From positions 622,503 through 686,502 of the forward strand of contig JBAZWB010000001.1 of NCBI GenBank assembly GCA_041660605.1: a DNA stretch of 64,000 bases, in the 5' to 3' direction. The stretch's first letter is position 1; each line of letters opens with the position of its first letter. Below, in pieces: positions 37,123 through 46,845 of the stretch. The notes under the pieces were generated by a model. The model was not told the origin of the DNA, did no database searches, and worked only from the letters and a program-made list of their open reading frames with translations. A program made the translations under genes and the position numbers. This DNA is from Patescibacteria group bacterium (GTDB lineage: Bacteria > Patescibacteriota > Patescibacteriia > UBA10025 > JAHIVO01).

Positions 37123-38406
37123 TTATAAATAATCCCAAGTTTGCAATAAATCGCTGTCGGAATACCATCTCTCACCGATATCAACTCTATAAAACATATT
37201 TTGCAGCCGGATATTTTTAATGCGATTATAAGCCTGCCTTCTGGCGTCATCGACTGTATTGCCGCTGCCGGAAATAACCAGGGCGTAACCTGATTGTCCG
37301 GCTATTCTGAGTTTTCCGTCAATCATTTTCACGTCACCCAGATGGATGCCGTCCCAATCCGGATGATTTCTCCTGAATAATATCGATAAATCGCGGTAAA
37401 CGGAGATAGTTTCCTGATCATCTGAAAGATATGGATCAATAATACAGCAAATGCCCACTTGAAATCCTTTTTTTACGGGAATGTTGAAAGTTTCTCCTGA
37501 AGCCAGCCTATAAAAAAATTCTCCCAGCGGCATCTCTATCCCTATTGCCTGTACATCTATAGTCGGATAGCCGAATCGGGAAGTAAATTCGAGCGGATAG
37601 ATGCCGCGGGCATTAACAATGCAATTAATATCAAAATAGCCGACATAACCAGAGGCCGTAAGCTTTTCCTTAAGCTTACCCATGGTATTTTTAAACAAAC
37701 CATTTGGCTGAGCCCAAAACATTAGTGCTCCCATGTCCCCTGTCAGTGGCCCTAGATCACCGGGAAAAAGCCTTTTGTGCTCAAAATTAATATTAATAGG
37801 GGTTAGGAATTCTTTGCCGTTAAAAAATGCTCCGACCGCGGTTTCTACCCCTGAGGCGTATTTTTGTAATTGAAATGTCTTTATTTTTGATCGCCAGATT
37901 CTTTTATTTGACTGCAGCAGCTCAAGTATGTCAGCACCGTTTTCCTCCTCTCCTATAAACAATAGATCTTTGAACTCCTGGGCAGCGCCACTTGGCTTAA
38001 AAACATAACGTCCGGGATTTTTTTGCAAAAAATGAATGGCTGAATCAAAACTATGGAAATCCCAGTGCGGTAAAATCAGAAGTCCGGCTTTCTGCATTTC
38101 TGTCTGACCAAAATTTCTATCATCTTCCAACTTGTCGGTATAAACACTGCCGCCAATTACCTTTTTCCCGGATTTTCTTAAAGCATCCGCTTCATTACCA
38201 AAACCCACATCATCAAATATGATCACGTCAGCCCAATCTATAAAATCTTTCCAATTTTTTACTTTCATTAAAATACCGTCATAAACGTCAGAATCTGTTT
38301 TTGATTTGATATACACTTTAACTTCATGCCCTTCTTTTTGTATACGCCAGGCAATGTCACCGCTCAAGCTTTCCCATGAGACGAATAGAAATTTTTTATG
38401 TGTCAT
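37123..38406 (-). CDS. Non-canonical PurD-like ATP-grasp amide ligase
   Basis: ATG 38406 (MTHKKFLFVSWESLSGDIAW); YVFKPSG, EHKRLFPGDLGPLTGDMG, LEFTSRFGYP, GARS_C-like AYNRI..I....MFYRVDIG; lacks the canonical GxGGREHA loop. Confidence 0.8.
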   Translation of the reverse strand: MTHKKFLFVSWESLSGDIAWRIQKEGHEVKVYIKSKTDSDVYDGILMKVKNWKDFIDWADVIIFDDVGFGNEADALRKSGKKVIGGSVYTDKLEDDRNFGQTEMQKAGLLILPHWDFHSFDSAIHFLQKNPGRYVFKPSGAAQEFKDLLFIGEEENGADILELLQSNKRIWRSKIKTFQLQKYASGVETAVGAFFNGKEFLTPININFEHKRLFPGDLGPLTGDMGALMFWAQPNGLFKNTMGKLKEKLTASGYVGYFDINCIVNARGIYPLEFTSRFGYPTIDVQAIGIEMPLGEFFYRLASGETFNIPVKKGFQVGICCIIDPYLSDDQETISVYRDLSILFRRNHPDWDGIHLGDVKMIDGKLRIAGQSGYALVISGSGNTVDDARRQAYNRIKNIRLQNMFYRVDIGERWYSDSDLLQTWDYL

Positions 38407-38428
38407 TTCCGTATATGATGTATAATAT

Positions 38429-39952
38429 TTACCACCCAAATAATTTTCCCACATCATCGGGCGTTTCACGGCGGCGAATGACTTTTGTTTCGCCATTTTG
38501 CGCAATAATTTTTGCCGGAGAAGACAATAAGCAATGGTGGGAAGCCAGCGCATCCTGATAAGCTCCAGTATCAAAAAATGAAATATATAATGATTCGTTT
38601 TCAGGTAAATTATCCAGGCTTGGCAGCATTATATAATTTCCATGAGCGATGTATTTGTCATCTGAATCACAAGATGAGCCAGCCAGCCAGGCCCTGATCA
38701 GCTTTTTGCTATCTGCAGCATTTACAGGCACCACGTGCCATTTCTGGTGCAAAGCCCAGGTATCCAGTAAATCATTCATAAAACTGCCATCGATAATATA
38801 CCATTTTCTGGCATTTCCTTTGGGAATATTTTTTTCACCAATAACCTTAAAAATTGAAATCTGTGCCGGTGCAACGATATATCGCCCCCATTCACAAATT
38901 AGATTTGGATGCGAGATGCCTTCCCGGTCAGCCGTATTTTGCAAAAATTTAATGATTTTTCTGGTTAAACCTTCAATGCCATATTGCCTTTTGCGTTCAT
39001 AAGGGATAGGCATGCCACCGCCGATATCCAGCGTGTCCAAGGTTGGGTTCAGCTTTTTCAGCTTAATGTAAATATCCATGGCTTTCTTGATCGGCGACAT
39101 AATATCCTCAAGTAGTTCAATTTGCGAGCCGACATGATAATGCAAAATTTTTAAGTTACGTATCTTACCGATTTTTAATAGCTCCTGAGGCAAAAATCCG
39201 AAACGATTTATTTTTTTATCCCAGTGCGAATGGACTTTAATATCTAAATCAACTCTTATGCCAACATCACCTTTATATGTCTGTAAAAACCTTAATTCAT
39301 TAAAATCTTCTATAATGGGAATTATCGAGAGATTATTATTTTTTAATTCATTTATTAGATTTAAATAATCTTCTGTTTTTGGACCGTTACAAATGACTTT
39401 AATGCCCGAGTGAAAACTATTCTGCTCCCAAAGTTTTTTTACTAAAAAAAGTTCGTTGTAAGAGCCGACCTCCAAATTCGCTCCTTCTGCGACTAATGAT
39501 AAGATATACTCCTTATTTTGGTTTACTTTCATGGGAAAGTGGTAGTAGAATTTACCTCGGTATTTATAATACCTCATGAAAAGCCTAAATAGGTCAATCA
39601 AGTCCTCTAGCCTCTCTTTTAAAATAAAGGGGAAGAAAATTTCTAATGAGGTGCCAAATTTTTGCACTAAACTTTTGATATTATATTGGTAATTGCCTTC
39701 GAGTACTATCAATTCTCCATTTTGATTTATATCAAAGTATTGAGTATTGAAATCTTTGCCATTTAACTTCCAAAATTTTCTGATTCTTTTCAATATTTTT
39801 TTATTTATTCCTGAATCGTCCGGGCTGTGAATTATGACATCTTCTCTTTTCTTATCTTCTACAATATTTTCGGTTTTTAATATAATTTCTGTTTTAGCAT
39901 TGCTTAATTTTTTTTGTGCACCATCATCAATTTTTTGCGAATTATTTTTCAT
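38429..39952 (-). CDS. speA: Arginine decarboxylase (fold-III PLP, SpeA-like, short form)
   Basis: FPMKVNQ (PLP Lys), LEVGS.NEL, CNGPK, LHYHVGSQI, DIGGG, EWGR, SCDSD, GAYQD.L; ATG 39952. Confidence 0.82.
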   Translation of the reverse strand: MKNNSQKIDDGAQKKLSNAKTEIILKTENIVEDKKREDVIIHSPDDSGINKKILKRIRKFWKLNGKDFNTQYFDINQNGELIVLEGNYQYNIKSLVQKFGTSLEIFFPFILKERLEDLIDLFRLFMRYYKYRGKFYYHFPMKVNQNKEYILSLVAEGANLEVGSYNELFLVKKLWEQNSFHSGIKVICNGPKTEDYLNLINELKNNNLSIIPIIEDFNELRFLQTYKGDVGIRVDLDIKVHSHWDKKINRFGFLPQELLKIGKIRNLKILHYHVGSQIELLEDIMSPIKKAMDIYIKLKKLNPTLDTLDIGGGMPIPYERKRQYGIEGLTRKIIKFLQNTADREGISHPNLICEWGRYIVAPAQISIFKVIGEKNIPKGNARKWYIIDGSFMNDLLDTWALHQKWHVVPVNAADSKKLIRAWLAGSSCDSDDKYIAHGNYIMLPSLDNLPENESLYISFFDTGAYQDALASHHCLLSSPAKIIAQNGETKVIRRRETPDDVGKLFGW

Positions 39953-40008
39953 GTTTTTAATTAAATTTCTTTTAAAAAATAAGTTATCCACATTCAAAAT
40001 ATGATGTA

Positions 40009-40037
40009 ATTTTATATTTTTTTCACTATTAATGCAA
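40009..40037 (-). promoter_or_regulatory. Probable promoter of the polyamine operon
   Basis: TTGCAT-N17-TAAAAT in the murB-speA intergenic region. Confidence 0.5.
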
Positions 40038-40087
40038 GCCTAGCCGTAAATATAAAATTATTTTTGTATATTGGATAAAATAAATTT

Positions 40088-40999
40088 TTAAAAACCGACA
40101 TACTTTATTTCTTCCTGCAATTGAATCCCAAACTGATCCCTGGCTTGCTGTTTAATATAACTAATCAGCATAACTACATCTTCGGCCTTTGCCTCGCCAG
40201 AATTTATAATAAAGTTTGCGTGCTCTGGAGATACTTGCGCACCTCCAATTTTTTTACCACGTAAACCCAGTTTATCAATGATTTCCCAGGCCTTTTTATT
40301 AGGCGGATTCTTGAATATTGAACCAGCACACGGCAGGTTCGCAGGCTGATGCTGGCGCTTTTCCAGATAATATTTAATTTTTCGCCGAATTTCACTTGGT
40401 GACGATTCTGATAATTTCAGGACTGCCGATAAAATAATCTCTGATCCGTTATTTTTAAACCGGCTGTTTCGGTAAGAAAAATCACAATCCCTTCCGTCAA
40501 TAATTTCTATTTGACCGTGATTATTTACTATCTCTACCTTTTTTATGCATTTCTCTATCCACTCAGTTGGCGTACCGATATTCCCGGCAATGCCTCCGCC
40601 CAATGTTCCGGGTATGCCAATTAAATGCTCCAGACCGGAAAGATTTCTTAGTATTGACAATTGGATTAATTTTTGTAATTTTATCCCCGATTCTGATTTA
40701 ACCAGATCACCATTAAATTCAATATCCTTATTTTCCATTTTTATAACCAGCCCATCAAACCCCTTATCGCAAAATAAAATATTGCTGCCGCTGCCGAGAA
40801 CAAAATAATTAATTGAATTATTTCTCGAATAGTCTACCGCTTTTACTACGTCCTCGTTATTTTTTGCGATAAAAAAATATTTTGCTTTACCGCCTATTTT
40901 AAAGGTAGTATAGGCTGATAGGCTTTTATTGAATTTTACATCCTTCAATATTTTGCTGATGGAACTGCTATTTACTTTCATATATTGACATTTTAGCAC
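40088..40999 (-). CDS. murB: UDP-N-acetylenolpyruvoylglucosamine reductase
   Basis: YTTFKIGG.A, LGSGSNIL, GIPGTLGG, FSYRNSRF, CAGSIFKNP, HANFIIN, LQEEI; start may be 40981. Confidence 0.96.
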   Translation of the reverse strand: MLKCQYMKVNSSSISKILKDVKFNKSLSAYTTFKIGGKAKYFFIAKNNEDVVKAVDYSRNNSINYFVLGSGSNILFCDKGFDGLVIKMENKDIEFNGDLVKSESGIKLQKLIQLSILRNLSGLEHLIGIPGTLGGGIAGNIGTPTEWIEKCIKKVEIVNNHGQIEIIDGRDCDFSYRNSRFKNNGSEIILSAVLKLSESSPSEIRRKIKYYLEKRQHQPANLPCAGSIFKNPPNKKAWEIIDKLGLRGKKIGGAQVSPEHANFIINSGEAKAEDVVMLISYIKQQARDQFGIQLQEEIKYVGF

Positions 41000-41044
41000 A
41001 TCCTGCTAGATTAAATAAGGCTAAATTTCTGCAACGGAGGAATT

Positions 41045-41467
41045 ATGATATCGCTCCTTGAGAGTTTTTTTCCACTAAAATTCATAAAAAGAATCGTCAA
41101 GCTTGCTGAGGAAAGCGAGATTTCCTGCCTGGAAATAAGCACTTGGTTCGGCCTGCGCCAGCTGGTAATAAATAAAAAATATCGCCAACATTGCCAGACA
41201 GACAAGAAATCTACGATCGCAGCAGACGATGAATTTTATGGGATGGTCTACGCACCTGCAAAAGGAAGATTCTATTTCCATGATGCGCCATTTTTCTCGA
41301 ATTCCAATTGCCTAGTGAAACAGGGCCAATTGCTTGGCAGGATTATCAAAGGCCGGAATACCACTGATGTTTTGGCTTGCGATACGGGAATGATAATCTC
41401 AGTAATGGTCAAAAATGGCAGCAAAGTTTCAAGTGGACGACCTCTCTTTTTGATTGAAAAAAAATAA
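41045..41467 (+). CDS. AccB/BCCP-like protein lacking the biotinylation motif
   Basis: IKRIVKLAEESEISCLEIS (AccB N-terminus-like); VYAPAKGRFY; VKQGQLLG; G.I..V.V.NG..V..G.PLF.IE; EAMKM replaced by IKGRN. Confidence 0.7.
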   Translation: MISLLESFFPLKFIKRIVKLAEESEISCLEISTWFGLRQLVINKKYRQHCQTDKKSTIAADDEFYGMVYAPAKGRFYFHDAPFFSNSNCLVKQGQLLGRIIKGRNTTDVLACDTGMIISVMVKNGSKVSSGRPLFLIEKK

Positions 41468-41499
41468 CCCATCTCTCTTGCTTTGCTGGATGGGTTATT
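41463..41499. terminator. Hairpin between convergent BCCP-like gene and murC
   Basis: aataacccatc (41463-41473) / gatgggttatt (41489-41499), perfect 11-bp inverted repeat. Confidence 0.55.
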
Positions 41500-41502
41500 C
41501 GA

Positions 41503-42852
41503 TTATTTTAACATCTGATTCAATTTCGTAATCGTGCCAGCGCCCATAGTTATAACCACGTCATTGCTTGAAGCATTTAAATTTATATATTCTTTCACAG
41601 CATTAAATCTTTTCAGAACCTTGACGACAGTCTCGTACTTTTTTATTTCTCTGGATAAATCGATAATAGATATTTTTTCGTTTTTATCGCGCCCAGCCAC
41701 ATCAAAAATATCCGTTAGGATTAATTTATCGCAACCCTTAAAAGCCGGACCGAATTGCTTTAACAATTTTTTTGTCCTATTCCGGCTGTGAGGCTGAAAA
41801 ATACACCAGATCTTCCTGCCCGGATAATATGATTTGACGGCCTGCAGCGCCGCCTTAATTTCCGTTGGATGATGCGCGTAGTCATCAATTAACGTAAATT
41901 TTTTGTCCTGATGGGTTATTTGCAGCCTTCTCCAGATGCCTTTAAAATTAAATAGGCCATTTCTTATCGTTGCCAGAGGGATACCGAATGCAATGGACAT
42001 GACGCAAGCTGCCAGTGCGTTGTATACGTTATGCTGTCCGGGAATTCGCAAGGCCAAGTCAAACTTTTCCAATCCTTTGACGCTAAAACGCAAGATCTCT
42101 CCATGCTGCATGATATGCGTGGCATAATAATCGCCTGATTCAATCCCATAGGTTATGACGCGGCAACGCGCCCGTGAAACTATTTTTTTTATATTCGGAT
42201 CATCATTGTTGGCTACTAAAATTCCGCCTTTTGGCACTCTACTAATTAATTTTTTAAAAGCTTTTTTAATGTTATCAAAATTTTTATAATAATCCAGATG
42301 GTCTTCCTCAATATTATTTATGATTAAACCTGCCGGATTATAATTTAAAAAAGCCTCTTTATATTCATCCCCTTCTGCAATAAAATATCTTCCTAAGCCA
42401 AGAATGGCGTTATCATCATTCTCCATTTTTGTCCCTACTACAACTGTTGGGTACAATTTCGCTTCTTTAAAAATACCTGCCAGCATGGCCGTTATAGTAC
42501 TTTTTCCGTGTGTACCAGAAACTATGATTGGCAAAAAATGCTCCATCATTTTGCCTAAAAATTCCGGATAAGATAACGCCTGAATTTTCATTTTTTTGGA
42601 TTTTTTCAATTCTACGTTCACTGAAGTCACGGCATTTGAATAGACAATCAGCTCCGTTTCCCGGGAAACATTATCGGCATTATGCCTGCCAATAAATATT
42701 TCTGCTCCTTTCTGACGCAACTTATCAGTAATTTCCGTGTCAATTAAATCACTGCCGGAGACTTTTTTCCCCATTTCCAATAAAAGCTTAGCCACCGCGG
42801 ATACCCCGATTCCGCCGATTCCGATAAAATGTATTTTTTCTGAAATTTTCAT
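41503..42852 (-). CDS. murC: UDP-N-acetylmuramate--L-alanine ligase
   Basis: IHFIGIGGIGVS, SGTHGKSTIT, EGDEY, NIEEDHLDYY, DDYAHHPTEI, FQPHS. Confidence 0.97.
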   Translation of the reverse strand: MKISEKIHFIGIGGIGVSAVAKLLLEMGKKVSGSDLIDTEITDKLRQKGAEIFIGRHNADNVSRETELIVYSNAVTSVNVELKKSKKMKIQALSYPEFLGKMMEHFLPIIVSGTHGKSTITAMLAGIFKEAKLYPTVVVGTKMENDDNAILGLGRYFIAEGDEYKEAFLNYNPAGLIINNIEEDHLDYYKNFDNIKKAFKKLISRVPKGGILVANNDDPNIKKIVSRARCRVITYGIESGDYYATHIMQHGEILRFSVKGLEKFDLALRIPGQHNVYNALAACVMSIAFGIPLATIRNGLFNFKGIWRRLQITHQDKKFTLIDDYAHHPTEIKAALQAVKSYYPGRKIWCIFQPHSRNRTKKLLKQFGPAFKGCDKLILTDIFDVAGRDKNEKISIIDLSREIKKYETVVKVLKRFNAVKEYINLNASSNDVVITMGAGTITKLNQMLK

Positions 42853-43913
42853 TCGTTGATTTTTAAAATTTCAGTTGAAATGACATTCACCGCGTTCGGC
42901 AATATCATTTTTTTAATATTATCGGATAAAAAATTCAGTTTATTTGGATCTTTGAGTAAATTACTAATTTTTTCAATAAAAATTTTAGGCGATAAATTTT
43001 GCTGGTAAATTACCAGGGCGGCCTCTTTTTCAGAATAATAGTTGGCGTTTTTTTCCTGGTGTGAATCAGGCATTGGAATAATTATTGACGGCTTGCCCAA
43101 AACGGATAATTCGGTCAATGATGACAGTCCCGCCCTACTGACGACAATATCAGCCGCGGCCAGCAAATCCGGCATCTCTTTATTAATAAATTCATATTGC
43201 TGGTAATTTTCGTGTTCAATGCCGGTGACATGCTTCCCGCTCCCAGTCAGATGGACTACCTGGCAAAATTTAACTAATTCAGGCAGTGATTGATTGGTTA
43301 TCGTATTAAGGCTTTGAGCGCCAGTGCCTCCGCCCATTATCAAAACTACAGGAAATTTTTTGTTTAGAGGAAATTTTATATAGGCCCTTTCTTTGTCTCC
43401 ATTTAGTAAATCTTCCCTGGCCGGATTACCAGTCCAGATTGTTTTCTTGCTGGGAAAATATTTCAAAGTTGCCTCAAAGGTAACAGAAATTTTATGCGCA
43501 AAAACAGTCGTTAAAATATTGGAAAACGACGGTTTGATGTCCTGCTGATGAATTAAAATTTTCTTCTGCAAAGTCCAGCCAGCCCAGATTACGGGTACTG
43601 ATATGAACCCACCCGCTCCGACTATAACGTCTGGCTTTTCTTTTATAATTATCCATACGGCCTGCCAAAAACCTAAAAAAGTTAAAAAAACATCAGTAAT
43701 GTTTTTAAAATCAAAATATCTTCTAAATTTTCCGCCGTTAATGGTGTAGTATTTTAATGCGTATCCTTGCAGTAATTTCAGCTCAAGTTCTGATTTTTTT
43801 GTCCCAATAAAAATAAATTCAGTTTCTGAATCAATTTTTTTTATTTGCGTATAAACCGCCAGGAGGGGCATCACTGATCCGGCAGTTCCTCCCCCCGATA
43901 ATGCAATTTTCAT
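42849..43913 (-). CDS. murG: Undecaprenyl-PP-MurNAc-pentapeptide GlcNAc transferase
   Basis: GGGTAG...P, GKFRRY, GGFISVP, TGNP.R, GGGTGA, SRAG...L.E, HQEKNA. Confidence 0.96.
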   Translation of the reverse strand: MKIALSGGGTAGSVMPLLAVYTQIKKIDSETEFIFIGTKKSELELKLLQGYALKYYTINGGKFRRYFDFKNITDVFLTFLGFWQAVWIIIKEKPDVIVGAGGFISVPVIWAGWTLQKKILIHQQDIKPSFSNILTTVFAHKISVTFEATLKYFPSKKTIWTGNPAREDLLNGDKERAYIKFPLNKKFPVVLIMGGGTGAQSLNTITNQSLPELVKFCQVVHLTGSGKHVTGIEHENYQQYEFINKEMPDLLAAADIVVSRAGLSSLTELSVLGKPSIIIPMPDSHQEKNANYYSEKEAALVIYQQNLSPKIFIEKISNLLKDPNKLNFLSDNIKKMILPNAVNVISTEILKINE

Positions 43914-43927
43914 ATAAATTATTTTCG

Positions 43928-45031
43928 CTATTTTGCTTGCTTAGATATGTTCACCAGCACTCCCATAGCGGTAAGCGTCACAGCCAGCGCGGAACTCCCG
44001 TAGCTGACCAAAGGCAAGGGTATGCCCGTTAATGGTATTAATGTTACCATAGCGGCAATATTTATAAATGCCTGGAAGGTTATCCAGGAAACGATACCAA
44101 TGGCTACTAATTTACCAAATGTATCCGGAGCGTGACTGGCAATCTTCAGGCCACGATAGGCAAACGCCAAAAATAAGGCGATCAAAACCAAGGAAAAAAT
44201 CAAACCAAGCTCTTCGGCGATTACTGCAAAAATAGAATCACCAGTTGCTTCAGGCAAATATAAATATTTTTGCCGCGAATGGCCAAGCCCTAAGCCGAAT
44301 ATTCCACCGCTGCCAATTGCCATTAAAGCCTGGTTGATTTGATAACCTATTCCCTGGGGATCGAGAGCAGGATTCAGAAAAACAGTCAGCCTGGCCGTAC
44401 GGTATGGTGCTAATTTAATCAGAAGCAAAAAAACGCCTGAAGCGCTTAATATCAGCCAAAGTAAATGCTTGAATGGCGCTCCGGCTGAATAAAAAATTAT
44501 AAAAGCCATTAAAGCAATTGCTACCATTGTGCCCATATCGGGCTGCAGCATAATCAGAAATACGATCACGCCAACAATGATAACAAATGGTATCAGACCA
44601 TAAGCGGGATCCTTTATTCCTTCCTTATTTTTCGTGAATAACGTACTGAGGTATATCAGAAATGTTAATTTAAGAATCTCCGTTGGCTGAAATATATTTG
44701 TGCCAATATGTATCCATCTTTTAGCTCCACCATATTCATAGCCTATCCCGGGAATAAAAACCGCTAAAAGCAATATTATGCTGATAATCAATAATGGGAA
44801 AGCAAATTTTTTCCAGGTATGATAGTCAATTTTTGAAGTGATCAAGAAACCAATTATTCCTATAAGAACGCCAAATAATAATTGATGCTTTAGCAGATAA
44901 TTGCTATCGCCGAATTTTTCAAAGGAAATTACAGAACTTGCGGAAGCCAGCATTATTAATCCATAAATTAATACTATTGCGATTATAATTATCAGTTTGT
45001 AATCCGCTTTTTTATAGTTTATTCCGCTCAC
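43928..45031 (-). CDS. ftsW: SEDS peptidoglycan polymerase FtsW
   Basis: GAKRWI, FQPTE.LK, QPDMGT, GYQINQAL.AIGSGG..GLGLG.SRQK..YLPE...DSIF, PLTGIPLP.VSYG. Confidence 0.95.
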   Translation of the reverse strand: MSGINYKKADYKLIIIIAIVLIYGLIMLASASSVISFEKFGDSNYLLKHQLLFGVLIGIIGFLITSKIDYHTWKKFAFPLLIISIILLLAVFIPGIGYEYGGAKRWIHIGTNIFQPTEILKLTFLIYLSTLFTKNKEGIKDPAYGLIPFVIIVGVIVFLIMLQPDMGTMVAIALMAFIIFYSAGAPFKHLLWLILSASGVFLLLIKLAPYRTARLTVFLNPALDPQGIGYQINQALMAIGSGGIFGLGLGHSRQKYLYLPEATGDSIFAVIAEELGLIFSLVLIALFLAFAYRGLKIASHAPDTFGKLVAIGIVSWITFQAFINIAAMVTLIPLTGIPLPLVSYGSSALAVTLTAMGVLVNISKQAK

Positions 45032-46407
45032 TTTAATTTTTCTATATAATTTTTAAACTGATCGCCTCTGTCAAACTCATTTACAAACATCCCAAAGCTG
45101 GCAGCTCCAGGGGAAAGGAGAACTAAATCGCCCATAGTAGCAAATTGTAGCGCAACATTCATTGCCTGTTGCATGGAGCCAGCTGCGGAATAATCAGAGA
45201 ATTTTTTTATTTTGAAACAATTAATAATTTTATTCGTTGCAGTACCTTTTAATAAAATGACTTTTTTAGCTGTGCTAATTATTTTTCCGGCAAATCGCTT
45301 ATAATCCAGCTGCTTATCAAACCCGCCGCAAATTAAAATTGGTTTTTGTTTGAAACTGTCCAAAGCGGCCACAGCTGACTCCGGAGTAGTAGCGGTCGTA
45401 TCGTTGTAAAATTTTATTCCATTTTTTTCAGCGATAAATTCCAGCCGATCCTGCAGGCCCGGATATTGTGCGATTGTCTGACGGATATATTTGGTTTTTA
45501 CGCCGTAAATTTTTGCCGCCGTTACTGCGGCCAGAATATTCAGGACATTGTGCGCTCCAAGAAGTTTAACTTCATTTTGTTTTATTATGAATTCTTTTTT
45601 TCCGTTATTATTGAAATAGATCGAGTCATTTTGCAAAAAACTCCCATTAAAATTTTTATGATTGCCAGAAAAGAACAAGACCTTCGACTTGATGTGTTTT
45701 TTCAGGCTTTTTAACTGATCGTAGAACAAAATGCAGTAATCCAGCTTTTTCTGGAAAGCAAAGATTAATTTTTTAGAATTTTTATATTCTGCTGCTGAAT
45801 CATACCTGTTTAAATGATCAGGCATTATATTGGTAATGATTGCAATATGAGGGCTTTGCCTCAGGTGAGCCATGTCTTCAAGCTGCCAGGATGACAATTC
45901 CAATATTACCGGAGTTCTATCGTTGATTTTGTTCAACACTTCTAATGGAGAAACCTTTATATTTCCGGCAATGATCGGTTTTTTTCCGGAATTCTTGATT
46001 ATTTCGCATAACAGGCTGGTAGTAGTTGATTTGCCTTTTGTACCTGTAATTCCCGTTATTTTTGCGGGACACAAACGGAAAAAGATACTTATGTCTGTCT
46101 CAATGGGAATATTATTTTTACGGGCAGTCCTTAAATATTCCGATTCCCTGGGGACTCCCGGATTTTTTATAATTAAATCGGCATTTTTAAAATCCTTATG
46201 CCGGTGATATCCCAAAATATATTTAATTTTATATTTTTTTAGCTTGCTAATAGTCGGAGATAAAGCTTTTCGAGATTTTAAATCCGTAGCTAGAATATCA
46301 GCTCCTTTTCGGGCTAACCATTTTACGGCTGCTAAACCACCACCCTGAAGGCCAAGCCCGATGACTGTTACTTTTTTACCCCTAATATTATTTAATAAAT
46401 TTTCCAT
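45028..46407 (-). CDS. murD: UDP-N-acetylmuramoyl-L-alanine--D-glutamate ligase
   Basis: VIGLGLQGGG, NPGVP, GITGTKGKSTT, LELSSWQL, DHLNRY, FYNDTTAT, LLSPGAASF..F..EFDRG. Confidence 0.96.
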   Translation of the reverse strand: MENLLNNIRGKKVTVIGLGLQGGGLAAVKWLARKGADILATDLKSRKALSPTISKLKKYKIKYILGYHRHKDFKNADLIIKNPGVPRESEYLRTARKNNIPIETDISIFFRLCPAKITGITGTKGKSTTTSLLCEIIKNSGKKPIIAGNIKVSPLEVLNKINDRTPVILELSSWQLEDMAHLRQSPHIAIITNIMPDHLNRYDSAAEYKNSKKLIFAFQKKLDYCILFYDQLKSLKKHIKSKVLFFSGNHKNFNGSFLQNDSIYFNNNGKKEFIIKQNEVKLLGAHNVLNILAAVTAAKIYGVKTKYIRQTIAQYPGLQDRLEFIAEKNGIKFYNDTTATTPESAVAALDSFKQKPILICGGFDKQLDYKRFAGKIISTAKKVILLKGTATNKIINCFKIKKFSDYSAAGSMQQAMNVALQFATMGDLVLLSPGAASFGMFVNEFDRGDQFKNYIEKLK

Positions 46408-46500
46408 AATCAAGTGCTATGTAATATACCATATTTTATCCGTTTTTGTAAGAAAAAACAGCCTTTCTCGGGGATAAGCGTATAATTCCAACTATTGCCT

Positions 46501-46845
46501 CTATTTAACTTTACTAAAGCCGTTAAAATGGATATTTGTATCTGAAAAAATTTCAATCACCCGATATCTTCCGATAGTTGAAATCTTCCCGGATATTTTT
46601 ATATGCGTTGATTCCAGAATCATGATGCTGGCCAGTGGCGCTGAAAGCCTGCCGCAACCATCAGTTTCCAATAGTGGAATTTCGCCATCCAGCCAGTAAT
46701 TCCTTTGTCCATTTTTTAAAAAGTGGTATATTTTCTCGATTTCTAACATTTCCGGAAGGCATTCTTCGGCTTTTTTGTGTCCGTTTTTAAATTCCTTGAT
46801 ATTACGAAGAGCTAAATCGGGATTGAATTCAACCTGAATGTCTAT
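46501..46845 (-). CDS. Hypothetical protein; frame extends 32 codons upstream of the tracked ATG (46749) to an ATA overlapping the mraY stop
   Basis: Open frame IDIQVEFNPDLALRNIKEFKNGHKKAEECLPEMLEIEKIYHFLKNGQRNYWLDGEIPLLET... Confidence 0.55.
   Translation of the reverse strand: MDIQVEFNPDLALRNIKEFKNGHKKAEECLPEMLEIEKIYHFLKNGQRNYWLDGEIPLLETDGCGRLSAPLASIMILESTHIKISGKISTIGRYRVIEIFSDTNIHFNGFSKVK

Noticed and set aside
37123-38574. Calling the ATP-grasp gene purD and using the 483-aa ORF start
   Set aside because: The GxGGREHA loop is missing and no pur genes are nearby; the first 56 codons overlap speA and the spacer, so ATG 38406 is preferred.
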